Source: Eubacteriales bacterium (lineage in GTDB: Bacteria > Bacillota > Clostridia > Oscillospirales > CAG-272). Taken from it: a DNA stretch of 64,000 nucleotides. Shown here in pieces: positions 11,381-21,611 of the stretch. Numbering within the stretch: the stretch's first letter is position 1; every line of letters starts with the position of its first letter. Where the stretch lies: assembly GCA_045128735.1 (NCBI GenBank), contig JBGVRT010000120.1:48883-112882 (forward strand), written 5' to 3'. Below the pieces are notes generated by a model. That model saw only the letters and a list, made by a program, of their open reading frames with translations, was not told where the DNA came from and searched no databases. The translations under genes were made by a program, and so were the position numbers.

Positions 11381-11794
11381 ATGCCAACCTTTAACCAACT
11401 CGTAAGACAGGGCCGCAGCGATAAGGTGTACAAGTCCAAAGCACCCGTGCTTCAGAAGGGCTTTAACGCACTTAACAACGTTGCAACTGATCAGCCTTCG
11501 CCCCAGAAGAGAGGCGTATGCACAAAGGTTTCCACAACCAGCCCCAAGAAGCCTAACTCGGCACTTCGTAAGATCGCCAGAGTAAGACTTACAAACGGTC
11601 TTGAAGCAACAACTTACATTCCCGGTATCGGACACAACTTGCAGGAGCACTCTGTTGTCCTTATCCGCGGAGGAAGAGTTCGTGACCTTCCCGGTGTACG
11701 TTATCACATTATCCGTGGTACGCTTGATGCACAGGGCGTTGCAAACCGTAATCAAAGCCGTTCCAAGTACGGCGCAAAGGCTCCCAAGAAATAA
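11381..11794 (+). CDS. rpsL: 30S ribosomal protein S12
   Basis: 137 aa, [12 protein letters not shown]..., [24 protein letters not shown]. Confidence 0.98.
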   Translation: MPTFNQLVRQGRSDKVYKSKAPVLQKGFNALNNVATDQPSPQKRGVCTKVSTTSPKKPNSALRKIARVRLTNGLEATTYIPGIGHNLQEHSVVLIRGGRVRDLPGVRYHIIRGTLDAQGVANRNQSRSKYGAKAPKK

Positions 11795-11944
11795 TTAAGG
11801 GAGAAACAGGTATAAAGCAAATAAGCTTGCCCGTCAAAAGTTGTAATAAATTTAATGTTTATATATCAACCTCGACGTGCGCTTACAGAAGATGCTTTTG
11901 AGTACCAATGAATTCATGCAAATTTAATGAAGGAGGGAAGAACA

Positions 11945-12415
11945 GTGCCAAGAAGAGGTAAAATTTCTAAAAGAGACGTGTTGCCGGATCCTCTGTACGG
12001 ATCTAAGCTTGTAACAAAGCTTATCAACAACGTAATGTATGATGGCAAGAAGGGTGTAGCACAGAAGATCGTATACGACGCATTCAAGATCGTAGAAGAG
12101 AAGGCTGGCCAGAACGCCCTTGAGATGTTCCAGGAAGCTCTTGAGAACATCATGCCCAAGCTTGAGGTTAAGGCTCGCCGTGTAGGTGGTTCTACCTATC
12201 AGGTACCTATGGAGGTAAGAGCTGAACGCCGTCAGACACTTGGTCTTAGATGGCTCGTAAGTTATTCCAGAACTCGTGGCGAACGCACAATGGCAGAGCG
12301 CCTTGCAGCCGAAATTATGGATGCAAAGAACAGCGCAGGCGGAGCGTTCAAGAAGAAGGAAGAAACACACAGAATGGCAGAGGCTAATAAGGCGTTTGCT
12401 CATTACAGATATTAA
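11945..12415 (+). CDS. rpsG: 30S ribosomal protein S7
   Basis: (M)[27 protein letters not shown]... Start placed at GTG 11945 after AAGGAGGG; the ORF-track ATG 11927 has no RBS. Confidence 0.95.
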   Translation: MPRRGKISKRDVLPDPLYGSKLVTKLINNVMYDGKKGVAQKIVYDAFKIVEEKAGQNALEMFQEALENIMPKLEVKARRVGGSTYQVPMEVRAERRQTLGLRWLVSYSRTRGERTMAERLAAEIMDAKNSAGGAFKKKEETHRMAEANKAFAHYRY

Positions 12416-12431
12416 TAAGGAGACCTGATAT

Positions 12432-14516
12432 ATGCCAAGAGAATATTCGCTTGAGCGTACACGAAATATCGGTATCATGGCTCACATCGATGCCGGTAAA
12501 ACAACAACGACCGAAAGAATTCTTTTCTATACAGGTAAGACACACAAAATCGGTGAGACCCACGATGGTTCTGCGACAATGGACTGGATGGAGCAGGAGC
12601 AGGAAAGAGGTATTACAATCACCTCTGCTGCAACTACTTGCTTCTGGAAGGAAAACCGCATAAACATCATCGATACTCCCGGTCACGTTGACTTTACCGT
12701 TGAGGTTGAGCGTTCGCTTCGTGTACTTGACGGTTCAGTAACGGTACTTTGTGCAAAGGGCGGAGTTGAGCCTCAGTCCGAGACTGTTTGGAGACAGGCA
12801 GACAAGTACAGAGTTCCGCGTATGGCCTATGTAAACAAAATGGATATCACCGGCGCGAACTTCTATCGCGTTGTTGATATGATGAAGGATAGACTTCATG
12901 CAAACGCAGTTCCGATTCAGCTCCCCATCGGTGCTGAAAGCTTGTTCAAGGGTATCATTGACCTTATGAACATGGAGGCTGACGTTTATTACGATGACGA
13001 AGGTAAGGATATGAGAGTTGAGCCCATTCCCGCAGATATGATGGAAAAGGCTCAGGAATACCACGACGCAATGGTTGAGTCGATTTGCGAGACCGACGAG
13101 GCTCTCTTCGAGAAGTACTGCGGCGGTGAGGAAATCACTGTTGAGGAGCTTAAGGCTGCTCTTCGTAAGGCTACTATCGATAACCTTATTGTTCCCGTTG
13201 TTTGCGGTACTTCTTACCGTAACAAGGGAGTTCAGAAGCTGCTTGACGCAGTTATCGACTATATGCCCAACCCCCTTGACATTCCCGCTATTAAGGGTAT
13301 CAACCCCAACACCGAGGAAGAAGAGGAGAGACCTGCAGACGATAACGCGCCTTTCTCAGCTCTCGCGTTCAAGATTATGACAGACCCATACGTTGGAAAG
13401 CTTTGCTTCTTCCGCGTATATTCGGGTATAGTCAATGCGGGTACAACCGTATATAACCCCGGTAAGCGCCAGAGAGAGCGTTTCGGACGTATTCTTCAGA
13501 TGCACGCAAATGACCGTACCGATATCGATTGCTGCTATTGCGGTGACATCGCGGCTGTTATCGGTATAAAGAATACCACCACAGGTGATACTCTTTGTGA
13601 TGAAAAGCATCCCATTATCCTTGAGACAATGGAATTCCCCGAACCCGTTATCCGTGTTGCTATCGAGCCTAAGACTCGCGCAGGTCAGGAAAAGATGGGC
13701 GTAGCTCTTGCAAAGCTTGCAGAGGAAGATCCCACATTCAGAACCTACACTGATGAGGAAACAGGCCAGACTATCATCGCAGGTATGGGTGAGCTCCACC
13801 TTGAAATTATCGTTGACAGACTTCTTCGTGAGTTTAAGGTCGAGGCTAACATCGGTAAGCCTCAGGTTGCTTATAAGGAGACTATACGTAAGCAGGTTAA
13901 CCACGAGTGCAAGTACAAGCGTCAGTCGGGTGGTAGCGGTCAGTACGGTCACGTTAAGATCATTCTTGAGCCTAACGAGGCAGGTAAGGGTTACGAGTTT
14001 ATCAACTCCGTAACAGGCGGTGCTATTCCCAAGGAATACATCGAGCCCGTTAACCAGGGTATTCAGGGTGCTATGCAGAACGGTGTTCTTGCAGGCTACA
14101 ACGTCGTTGACGTTAAGGTTACCCTTTACGACGGTTCTTATCACGAGGTTGACTCGTCTGAAATGGCGTTTAAGATCGCAGGTTCTATGGCATTCAAGGA
14201 AGCTATGCGTATGGCTGACCCCGTGCTTACAGAGCCTATGATGAAGGTTGTTACTATCGTTCCCGATGATTATATGGGTGACGTTATTGGCGACTTTAAC
14301 TCTCGTAGAGGACAAATTCAGTCTATGGAAGCAGGAAGCGGCGGAGTTCAGGAAATTACCGCATTTGTTCCTCTTTCCGAAATGTTCGGTTATGCTACAG
14401 ATCTTCGTTCCAAGACTCAGGGACGCGGACTCTATTCTATGGAGCCCAGCCACTTTGCAGAAGTTCCTAAGTCTATTCAGGAAGGTATCATAACAGCACG
14501 CGCAAAGAACAATTAA
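12432..14516 (+). CDS. fusA: elongation factor G
   Basis: 694 aa, [28 protein letters not shown]. Confidence 0.98.
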   Translation: MPREYSLERTRNIGIMAHIDAGKTTTTERILFYTGKTHKIGETHDGSATMDWMEQEQERGITITSAATTCFWKENRINIIDTPGHVDFTVEVERSLRVLDGSVTVLCAKGGVEPQSETVWRQADKYRVPRMAYVNKMDITGANFYRVVDMMKDRLHANAVPIQLPIGAESLFKGIIDLMNMEADVYYDDEGKDMRVEPIPADMMEKAQEYHDAMVESICETDEALFEKYCGGEEITVEELKAALRKATIDNLIVPVVCGTSYRNKGVQKLLDAVIDYMPNPLDIPAIKGINPNTEEEEERPADDNAPFSALAFKIMTDPYVGKLCFFRVYSGIVNAGTTVYNPGKRQRERFGRILQMHANDRTDIDCCYCGDIAAVIGIKNTTTGDTLCDEKHPIILETMEFPEPVIRVAIEPKTRAGQEKMGVALAKLAEEDPTFRTYTDEETGQTIIAGMGELHLEIIVDRLLREFKVEANIGKPQVAYKETIRKQVNHECKYKRQSGGSGQYGHVKIILEPNEAGKGYEFINSVTGGAIPKEYIEPVNQGIQGAMQNGVLAGYNVVDVKVTLYDGSYHEVDSSEMAFKIAGSMAFKEAMRMADPVLTEPMMKVVTIVPDDYMGDVIGDFNSRRGQIQSMEAGSGGVQEITAFVPLSEMFGYATDLRSKTQGRGLYSMEPSHFAEVPKSIQEGIITARAKNN

Positions 14517-14571
14517 TTTTGTTTAACTAAATTAAAATAATTTAAGAAAATATTTATGGAGGAAATTCAAA

Positions 14572-15777
14572 ATGGCAAAATCCACATTTGAACGCACCAA
14601 GCCCCACGTAAACATTGGTACTATCGGTCACGTTGACCACGGTAAGACCACACTTACAGCAGCTATCACAAAGACCCTTTCCCTTGCTAACGGTAATATC
14701 GAGTTTATGGCATACGACCAGATCGATAACGCTCCCGAGGAAAGAGCAAGAGGTATCACAATCAACACTCGTCACGTTGAGTACGAGACAGAGAATCGTC
14801 ACTACGCACACGTTGACTGCCCCGGCCACGCAGACTATGTAAAGAACATGATTACAGGTGCTGCTCAGATGGACGGCGCAATCCTTGTTGTTGCAGGTAC
14901 TGACGGACCTCTTCAGCAGACTCGTGAGCACGTTCTTCTTGCTCGTCAGGTTGGCGTTCCCGCAATTGTAGTATTCCTTAACAAGACAGACCTTGTTGAC
15001 GACGAGGAGCTTCTTGAGCTTGTTGAGATGGAGATCAGAGATCTTCTTTCTCAGTATGATTTCCCCGGTGACGATATTCCGATCATCAAGGGTTCTGCTC
15101 GTAACGCTCTTGAGTCCACAAATACAGATCCTTCCGCTCCCGAGTACGCTCCTATTTTCGAGCTTATGGCAGCTGTTGACAGCTACATTCCTACTCCCGA
15201 GCGTCAGGCTGACCTTGACTTCCTTATGCCCGTCGAGGACGTATTCTCCATCTCCGGTCGTGGTACAGTTGCTACAGGTAGAGTTGAGAGAGGTACTGTT
15301 AAGGTTGGTGACGTTGTTGAAATCATCGGTCTTACAGACGAGAAGAAGTCTACAACCGTTACCGGTGTAGAGATGTTCCACAAGCTCCTTCCTCAGGCAG
15401 AGGCTGGTGACAACATCGGTGCACTTCTTCGTGGTATAGCTAAGGACGAGATCGAGCGTGGTCAGGTTCTTTGCAAGCCCGGTTCTGTTAACCCCCACAC
15501 AAAGTTCTCCGGACACGTATACGTTCTTACTGAGAAGGAAGGCGGACGTAAGAAGCCCTTCTTCGCAGGTTATAGACCTCAGTTCTACTTCAGAACAACT
15601 GACGTTACCGGTGTTATCGAGCTTCCCGAGGGTGTTGAAATGTGCCGTCCCGGCGATAACGTTGATATGACTGTTGAGCTTATCACACCTATCGCTTGCG
15701 AAGAGGGTCTTCGTTTCGCTATCCGTGAGGGTGGTAGAACAGTTGGATCCGGTGTCGTTGCAAACATCATCGCGTAA
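14572..15777 (+). CDS. tuf: elongation factor Tu
   Basis: 401 aa, [29 protein letters not shown]. Confidence 0.98.
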   Translation: MAKSTFERTKPHVNIGTIGHVDHGKTTLTAAITKTLSLANGNIEFMAYDQIDNAPEERARGITINTRHVEYETENRHYAHVDCPGHADYVKNMITGAAQMDGAILVVAGTDGPLQQTREHVLLARQVGVPAIVVFLNKTDLVDDEELLELVEMEIRDLLSQYDFPGDDIPIIKGSARNALESTNTDPSAPEYAPIFELMAAVDSYIPTPERQADLDFLMPVEDVFSISGRGTVATGRVERGTVKVGDVVEIIGLTDEKKSTTVTGVEMFHKLLPQAEAGDNIGALLRGIAKDEIERGQVLCKPGSVNPHTKFSGHVYVLTEKEGGRKKPFFAGYRPQFYFRTTDVTGVIELPEGVEMCRPGDNVDMTVELITPIACEEGLRFAIREGGRTVGSGVVANIIA

Positions 15778-15798
15778 GTTAATTCTAACTACCATTAT

Positions 15799-15830
15799 GG
15801 GTTGGCGCATTTTGCGCCAACCCCTTGCAA
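15799..15830 (+). terminator. terminator after tuf
   Basis: GGGTTGGCGC-atttt-GCGCCAACCCC hairpin. Confidence 0.7.
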
Positions 15831-15850
15831 TATTTTGCCGAATAATGGCT

Positions 15851-15967
15851 ATCTTTGGGGATTGGTGAAATTCCATACCGGTGGTAAAGCCCACGAGCGT
15901 GACCTTTCGGTCAGGCATGAACAGGTGATATTCCTGTGCCGACGGTAAAGTCCGGATAGAAAAAGAT
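15851..15967 (+). promoter_or_regulatory. FMN riboswitch (RFN element) aptamer
   Basis: ATCTTTGGGGATTGGTGAAATTCCATACCGGTGGTAAAGCCCACGAGC...GTGCCGACGGTAAAGTCCGGATAGAAAAAGAT matches the conserved RFN core (GGTGAAATTCC, CCGGCGGTA-type, GCCGACGGT.AAGTCCGGATG) and closes with P1 ATCTTT/AAAGAT. Confidence 0.9.
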
Positions 15968-15984
15968 AAAGCAGGATTATTTTT

Positions 15985-16007
15985 GCCCCAAATTGGGGGG
16001 CTTTTTT
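15985..16007 (+). terminator. FMN riboswitch expression-platform terminator
   Basis: GCCCC-aaatt-GGGGGGC followed by TTTTTT. Confidence 0.75.
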
Positions 16008-16062
16008 ACTTTGTGTAATATTGAAATAATCGTCTTTTTCCCTTGATGAAAGGACTGATATT

Positions 16063-16725
16063 ATGAATAATAACTTGATCAAATCAAGAGAACGAGTTAA
16101 ACGTCTCGTTTTTATAGCGCTTTTTGCTGCGCTTGCATATGCATCTACACTTATAATACACCCAAAGGTGCTTTTTCTCACCTTTGATGTAAAGGATACC
16201 GTAATTACTCTTGCCGCAATGTCTTTCGGACCTCTCGCGGGCGTAATTATTTCGTTTTTGACAGCTCTTATTGAGCTTGTAACCATAAGCGAAACTGGTA
16301 TCTATGGCTTTGTAATGAATTTTTGCGGTTCAGCTGTTTTTTCTGTTACCGCAAGCTTGATATATAAACATAAGAAAACCTTTGTTGGCGGAATAATTGG
16401 TCTTGTGGCTGCTGTATTTTCGATGACAGCCGCGATGCTGCTTGCCAATATTCTTGTTACACCCTATTTTATGAAATCATCAACAGAAGAAGTTATCAAG
16501 ATGATTCCTACAGTTCTTTTGCCATTCAACTTCCTTAAAGCATTGACTAATGCCGCGTTCATTATTGGTCTTTATAAGCCCATGTCAAATGCCCTCAAGA
16601 GCGTCGGAGCGATAAGGAAAAAGGATGACGAGGAGCTAAGGCTTGACAAAACAACGGTTATCCTTGTGGCGGTTGCCGCGGCTATTGCTGCTATTTCAAT
16701 GACAATAATGTTCAATGTTATGTGA
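16063..16725 (+). CDS. ribU: ECF-transporter S component, riboflavin-specific (RibU-like)
   Basis: 220-aa polytopic membrane protein placed directly behind an FMN riboswitch. The assignment rests on context plus its general S-component look. Confidence 0.75.
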   Translation: MNNNLIKSRERVKRLVFIALFAALAYASTLIIHPKVLFLTFDVKDTVITLAAMSFGPLAGVIISFLTALIELVTISETGIYGFVMNFCGSAVFSVTASLIYKHKKTFVGGIIGLVAAVFSMTAAMLLANILVTPYFMKSSTEEVIKMIPTVLLPFNFLKALTNAAFIIGLYKPMSNALKSVGAIRKKDDEELRLDKTTVILVAVAAAIAAISMTIMFNVM

Positions 16726-16767
16726 TACGTACTGAAAAAACTGTTAAAACATGGAATAAAATGCTGA

Positions 16768-16800
16768 ATTGCAGACGAATGTGCGTCTGCAATTCTTTTT
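16768..16800 (+). terminator. terminator after ribU
   Basis: ATTGCAGACG-aatgtg-CGTCTGCAAT followed by TCTTTTT. Confidence 0.8.
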
Positions 16801-16821
16801 GATTTTTTTTGTAAAAAACTA

Positions 16822-16850
16822 TTGAAAAATATCTAATAATATGGTATAAT
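16822..16850 (+). promoter_or_regulatory. metK promoter
   Basis: TTGAAA (16822-16827), 17-nt spacer, TGgTATAAT (-10 at 16845-16850). Confidence 0.65.
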
Positions 16851-16867
16851 GTTAAGGTAAATAATCT

Positions 16868-16953
16868 GATCTTATCAAGAGTGGTGGAGTGACTGGCACT
16901 GTGAAACCCGGCAACCTGCATTTGCAAGGTGCTAAATCCCGAGAGATGAGACG
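16868..16953 (+). promoter_or_regulatory. SAM-I riboswitch (S-box) aptamer
   Basis: TCTTATCAAGAGTGGTGGAGTGACTGGCACTGTGAAACCCGGCAACC...GGTGCTAAATCCCGAGAGATGAGA; S-box consensus blocks with P1 TCTTATC/GATGAGA. Confidence 0.92.
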
Positions 16954-16961
16954 AAGCGCGT

Positions 16962-16986
16962 CCTCCCTCGGCGGGAGGTTTTTTTA
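16962..16986 (+). terminator. SAM-I expression-platform terminator
   Basis: CCTCCC-tcggc-GGGAGG followed by TTTTTTT. Confidence 0.8.
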
Positions 16987-17012
16987 AGCCAATCTCCAAG
17001 AAAGGAAATAAA

Positions 17013-18197
17013 ATGGAAAGAATACTTTTTACGAGTGAATCTGTAACCGAAGGACATCCCGATAAAATATGCGATAAAATATCCGATGCGATACTCGACG
17101 ATATCCTTCGCCAAGACCCCAACTCCCGCGTTGCCTGCGAAACCTGCTGCACTACAGGTCTTGTTATGGTAATGGGCGAGATTACTACAAATGCATATGT
17201 TGATATTCAAGAAGTTGTGCGTGAAACTGTCAGGAATATAGGATATGACCGAGCAAAATATGGATTTGATTGCGATTCGTGTGCGGTTATAAGCTCTATT
17301 CACGAGCAGTCTCCCGACATTGCGCTTGGTGTTGATAAGTCCTTTGAGGCCAAGGGCGGCGAGACGGCAGACGAGTTCGATACCGGCGCGGGTGACCAGG
17401 GACTTATGTTCGGTTACGCTTGCAACGAGACTCCCGAGCTTATGCCTCTTCCCATTTCTCTTGCTCACAAAATGGCAAAGAGACTTACCGACGTAAGAAA
17501 GGACGGAACCCTCGCGTATCTCAGACCCGACGGAAAAACTCAGGTTACGGTTGAATACGTTGACGGTGTGCCTGCAAGAGTTGACACCGTAGTTGTTTCT
17601 TCACAGCACAGCGCAGAAGTTGAGCTTGAAACTATCCGTGAGGATATTATTGAAAAGGTTATCAAGCCTATCGTTCCCGCAGAGCTTTTCGATGAGAACA
17701 CAAAGATATACGTTAACCCCACGGGACGCTTTGTTGTGGGCGGTCCCGCAGGTGATACAGGTCTTACGGGAAGAAAGATAATCGTCGATACATACGGCGG
17801 GTATTCCCGTCACGGCGGAGGAGCATTCTCTGGAAAGGACCCCACAAAGGTTGACCGTTCTGCTTCTTACGCGGCAAGATATATCGCCAAGAACGTTGTA
17901 GCCGCAGGTCTTGCCAAGAAGTGCGAGGTTCAGGTCGCGTACGCTATCGGCGTTGCGAAGCCCGTGTCTGTTCTTGTTGATACCTTCGGAACGGCAGTTG
18001 TTGATGAGGCAAAGATAGCCGAGGCAGTGAATAAATACGTTGATCTCCGTCCTGCCGCAATTATCAAGAAGTTTGACCTTCGCAAGCCCATTTATTCACA
18101 GCTTGCGGCTTACGGTCATATGGGCAGAGAGGACCTTGGCGTAAGCTGGGAGAAGACCGACCTCGCCGACCTGCTTAAGGCTGAGCTTTTGAAATAA
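17013..18197 (+). CDS. metK: S-adenosylmethionine synthetase
   Basis: 394 aa, [37 protein letters not shown]. Confidence 0.98.
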   Translation: MERILFTSESVTEGHPDKICDKISDAILDDILRQDPNSRVACETCCTTGLVMVMGEITTNAYVDIQEVVRETVRNIGYDRAKYGFDCDSCAVISSIHEQSPDIALGVDKSFEAKGGETADEFDTGAGDQGLMFGYACNETPELMPLPISLAHKMAKRLTDVRKDGTLAYLRPDGKTQVTVEYVDGVPARVDTVVVSSQHSAEVELETIREDIIEKVIKPIVPAELFDENTKIYVNPTGRFVVGGPAGDTGLTGRKIIVDTYGGYSRHGGGAFSGKDPTKVDRSASYAARYIAKNVVAAGLAKKCEVQVAYAIGVAKPVSVLVDTFGTAVVDEAKIAEAVNKYVDLRPAAIIKKFDLRKPIYSQLAAYGHMGREDLGVSWEKTDLADLLKAELLK

Positions 18198-18250
18198 TCA
18201 TAATCAAAATGACCTTGAAATGCATATCCTTTGTGTTAGGAGGAAAATTT

Positions 18251-18544
18251 ATGTATTTTGAGGTCTTTTTGAAAATTTTAGTAGCTTTTTTTGCTCTTTT
18301 CGGCTTTTTTTCACTTGTAAAGCTGATTTGGTGCGTGTGGTTCGGGTACGATAACGTGCGTGTTACCGTAGAGATTGACAGCCGCGATACCGTGGAAAAT
18401 ATAGACGAGTACCTGAGTGAGGCGCGAACCCTTTGCAGAATACGAGGCGGAAGCGATCTTGCGGTGATGATAAGAAAAGAATTTTATGACGAAAAGCTTG
18501 TTAAAAAGCTTGAAAAAAGGAAATTGAGATATTACGTGATATAG
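18251..18544 (+). CDS. hypothetical small membrane protein
   Basis: ATG 18251 is preceded by TTAGGAGGA. There is one N-terminal hydrophobic helix (ILVAFFALFGFFSLVKLIW) and then a charged tail. No family recognised. Confidence 0.5.
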   Translation: MYFEVFLKILVAFFALFGFFSLVKLIWCVWFGYDNVRVTVEIDSRDTVENIDEYLSEARTLCRIRGGSDLAVMIRKEFYDEKLVKKLEKRKLRYYVI

Positions 18545-18556
18545 GAGGTGAGGGGC

Positions 18557-20776
18557 GTGAACGACGAAATGCCGATAAATAATAGCGGTCTTGAAAGCTT
18601 TTCGGGAACTGTTGAAACAGAGATATATTTTAACGAGGATAACGGATACGGAATTTTCGATTTTGCCATAGATACCAACGAGCTTGTCACCATTGTCGGC
18701 ACGCTTCCATTCGTTTGCGAGGGTGACTCACTGACTGTATACGGAAAATGGGTGAACAGCCCTAAATACGGCGCACAATTCAAGGTGGAGCAATATGAAA
18801 AAATAATGCCTGCCGATTCCACCGCAATACTTAAATATTTGTCGTCGAGAGCCATTAAGGGTATAGGTCCCAAGACCGCCCAGAGAATAGTCGAGCGTTT
18901 TGGAGACGAGACCTTTGACGTTATGGAAAATCATCCCGAATGGCTTTCGGATATAAGCGGAATTTCCTTGAAAAAGGCTCTTGAAATCTCCGAGGATTTT
19001 AAGAAAAAGGCGGGAATGAGAGCCTCGATGATGTTTTTCCGAAACTATTTCGGAACGACGATGACGGTCAAGATATACCAGAAATGGGGCGGAAAGGCAG
19101 TAGATATTGCAAAAAGCAACCCATACAGACTGTGTGAAATAGATGGAATCGGCTTTGAAAAAGCCGACGAGATAGCTCAGTCATTAGGACTTGAAAATGA
19201 CTCGGCAGACAGAATAATGGGGGGCGTGCAGTACGTTCTTAACTACAACGCGGGGCAGAACGGACATACCTGCCTTCCTTACGAAAAGCTGGTAGGCGCG
19301 GCATCGGAAATGCTTGGTGTGTCAGAGCAAAAAACACAGTCGGCTATAGAAGCGCTTATCGGGCAGGAAAAGCTTGTCTCTTCCACCTATGAGGGACAAA
19401 AATTCATTTTCGACCGCGTGATGTACGACAGCGAAAAATTTATTGCAGAAAAGCTTGTTAACATAGACAAACGCTGTGTAAATATTGACGTTTCGGACAT
19501 TCAGAGATACATTTCGCGTGAGGAGCTTGAAAACGGCATAAGATATGCCGAGCTTCAGCGCAAAGCCATAACTGAGGCAATGAGTAACGGTGTTATGGTG
19601 CTTACGGGCGGCCCGGGAACGGGAAAAACCACCGTTGTAAGAGCCTTGCTTAAAATATTTAAGGGAATGGATATGAAGGTCGCGCTTGCCGCACCTACGG
19701 GGCGCGCGGCAAAAAGGCTGTCGGAGTCTACCTCAAACGAGGCGAAAACCATACACAGAATGCTTGAGATGACCTATGACACCGACGGCTCTTCATTCCT
19801 TCGTGACGAGAAAAATTACCTTGACGAAAACGTTATTATAATCGATGAGGTGTCAATGGCTGACACGTTGCTTTTCTGCGCTTTGCTTAAAGCTGTAAAG
19901 CCGGGAGCGCGGCTTATTATAATCGGTGACGCAAATCAGCTTCCGTCGGTGGGCGCGGGCAACGTCTTGCGTGATATTATTGATTGCGGCCGCTTTGCTA
20001 CGGTTGAGCTCACCGAAATTTTCCGCCAAGCCGAAAAGAGCCTCATTATAACCAACGCTCACAAGATAAATCAAGGCGAAATGCCCGTTCTTAACGTTAC
20101 GGATAACGACTTTTTCTTCCTTCCGAGAAAAAAAGATATAGAGATTGCCAACACCGTGGTTGATCTCTGCAAAAAACGACTTCCCAAAGCGTATGGGCTG
20201 ACCGCCGCCAACGGAATACAGGTTATTACCCCCTCGAGAAGAGGCGCGGGCGGAACCGATAACCTTAACGTACTGCTTCAAAACGAACTTAACCGCGCGG
20301 AGAAACAAGGTCAGGGTTACTCGCACCGCAACCGCACGTTCCGAGTTGGCGATAAGGTAATGCAGACAAAAAACGACTATCAGCTTGAGTGGGAAAAGGA
20401 AGGCAAAAAGGGACTTGGCGTGTTCAACGGCGATATCGGCGAGGTGTTGGATATAAGCCTGCGCGACAGAACTATGACTATACGCTTTGACGATAGAATT
20501 GTAAGATACGACCTTTCGATGTTGGACGAGCTTGAGCACGCTTACGCCATAACCGTCCACAAAAGTCAGGGAAGTGAATACCCAATCGTGATAATTCCTG
20601 CATACGGCGCACCGCCTCCGCTTTTGACGAGAAATCTTTTCTATACAGCGGTAACGCGTGCGCAGAAAATGGTTATTATTGTGGGCAGAGAGGATATTGT
20701 TGACGCTATGGTGAAAAGCAACCGACAGACAATGCGCTATACCTGCCTTTGCAAGAGGCTTTCTGTAAAGAAGTGA
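18557..20776 (+). CDS. recD2: ATP-dependent RecD2-like (RecD/TraA family) DNA helicase
   Basis: Walker A GGPGTGKTT, AAPTGRAAKRL, IIDEVSM, AITVHKSQGSE. GTG 18557 is preferred as start (AGGAGG RBS 8 nt upstream); alternatives are 18548 and 18569. Confidence 0.9.
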   Translation: MNDEMPINNSGLESFSGTVETEIYFNEDNGYGIFDFAIDTNELVTIVGTLPFVCEGDSLTVYGKWVNSPKYGAQFKVEQYEKIMPADSTAILKYLSSRAIKGIGPKTAQRIVERFGDETFDVMENHPEWLSDISGISLKKALEISEDFKKKAGMRASMMFFRNYFGTTMTVKIYQKWGGKAVDIAKSNPYRLCEIDGIGFEKADEIAQSLGLENDSADRIMGGVQYVLNYNAGQNGHTCLPYEKLVGAASEMLGVSEQKTQSAIEALIGQEKLVSSTYEGQKFIFDRVMYDSEKFIAEKLVNIDKRCVNIDVSDIQRYISREELENGIRYAELQRKAITEAMSNGVMVLTGGPGTGKTTVVRALLKIFKGMDMKVALAAPTGRAAKRLSESTSNEAKTIHRMLEMTYDTDGSSFLRDEKNYLDENVIIIDEVSMADTLLFCALLKAVKPGARLIIIGDANQLPSVGAGNVLRDIIDCGRFATVELTEIFRQAEKSLIITNAHKINQGEMPVLNVTDNDFFFLPRKKDIEIANTVVDLCKKRLPKAYGLTAANGIQVITPSRRGAGGTDNLNVLLQNELNRAEKQGQGYSHRNRTFRVGDKVMQTKNDYQLEWEKEGKKGLGVFNGDIGEVLDISLRDRTMTIRFDDRIVRYDLSMLDELEHAYAITVHKSQGSEYPIVIIPAYGAPPPLLTRNLFYTAVTRAQKMVIIVGREDIVDAMVKSNRQTMRYTCLCKRLSVKK

Positions 20777-20777
20777 T

Positions 20778-21542
20778 ATGAAATCAAAATTTTTGAAGCT
20801 GCTTAAAAATCTGCTTTGGCCGCCAAAGTGCGTTGGATGCGGAGAGTTTACCCAACAAAATATTTTCGATACCTGCGAGTTGCCTTTGTGTGAGTCCTGC
20901 CGTAAAAGGTGGGAGCGTGAAAAGCTTGAAAGATGCCCCGATTGCGAGCTTGAAATGACTGTTTGCAACTGTAGCTCGCGGTTGCTTGAAAAGGCGGGGG
21001 TCGAGGATGCGGTCAAGCTTTTTAACTATTCGGTTGCGCGCAACAGCGTGGGAAAGCGCGCGGTTCTTTATATGAAAAGGCATAGATCTTACCGCGCGTT
21101 CGACTTTTTTGCTTCTCAGCTATCCTTTGCACTAAAGCGAAAAACGGCAGTCTTTGATCCTAGGCGAGTGGTGGTGTTTTCTGTGCCGAGAAGGCGGAAA
21201 AGCCGCCGCGAATATGGCTTTGACCAAGCGGAGCTGATTGCCAAAAGGCTTGCAGAAAAGTGCGGATTTCGTTATGAAAAGCTTGTTGTGAGGAGCAGGC
21301 GAAAGGCAGGAGAACAAAAGAAAAATGGGCTTGCCGCACGCTTGAAAAACGCCAAAGGGCAGTATCTTCCAAGCAAAAGGGCGGACGAGCTGTTAGAAGG
21401 CGTTGAATGCTTGGTGGTTGTGGACGACGTGCTGACCTCGGGCGCAAGTATCGCGGGCTGTATCGAAACACTTAAAAAGCACTTCGGCGGCAAATTTATT
21501 TGCGCAACTGTGGGCAGAACGGGAAAAAGAAATAAAAAATAG
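20778..21542 (+). CDS. comFC: ComF-family protein (ComFC-like phosphoribosyltransferase)
   Basis: N-terminal Cys-rich motifs CVGCG/CESC/CPDC and the PRTase motif VVVDDVLTSGAS. Confidence 0.85.
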   Translation: MKSKFLKLLKNLLWPPKCVGCGEFTQQNIFDTCELPLCESCRKRWEREKLERCPDCELEMTVCNCSSRLLEKAGVEDAVKLFNYSVARNSVGKRAVLYMKRHRSYRAFDFFASQLSFALKRKTAVFDPRRVVVFSVPRRRKSRREYGFDQAELIAKRLAEKCGFRYEKLVVRSRRKAGEQKKNGLAARLKNAKGQYLPSKRADELLEGVECLVVVDDVLTSGASIAGCIETLKKHFGGKFICATVGRTGKRNKK

Positions 21543-21552
21543 TCCAAGATTA

Positions 21553-21581
21553 TTGCATTTTAGAAAAATATATTGTATAAT
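21553..21581 (+). promoter_or_regulatory. mreB promoter
   Basis: TTGCAT (21553-21558), 17-nt spacer, TGtTATAAT (-10 at 21576-21581). Confidence 0.6.
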
Positions 21582-21611
21582 ATAAGGAGATAATACGGAA
21601 CGGAGGTAAAT

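Noticed and set aside
14911-14919. EF-Tu reads [10 protein letters not shown] where many EF-Tu proteins have DGPMPQTREH
   Set aside because: This segment is known to vary among Firmicutes, and I know of no phenotype tied to these residues. A comparative alignment would be needed before it could be called unusual.
13356-15918. 365-aa and 454-aa ORFs antisense to fusA and tuf
   Set aside because: They have the same in-register antisense frame as the sense genes, so the explanation is the same (avoidance of TTA/CTA/TCA). No independent signals were seen.
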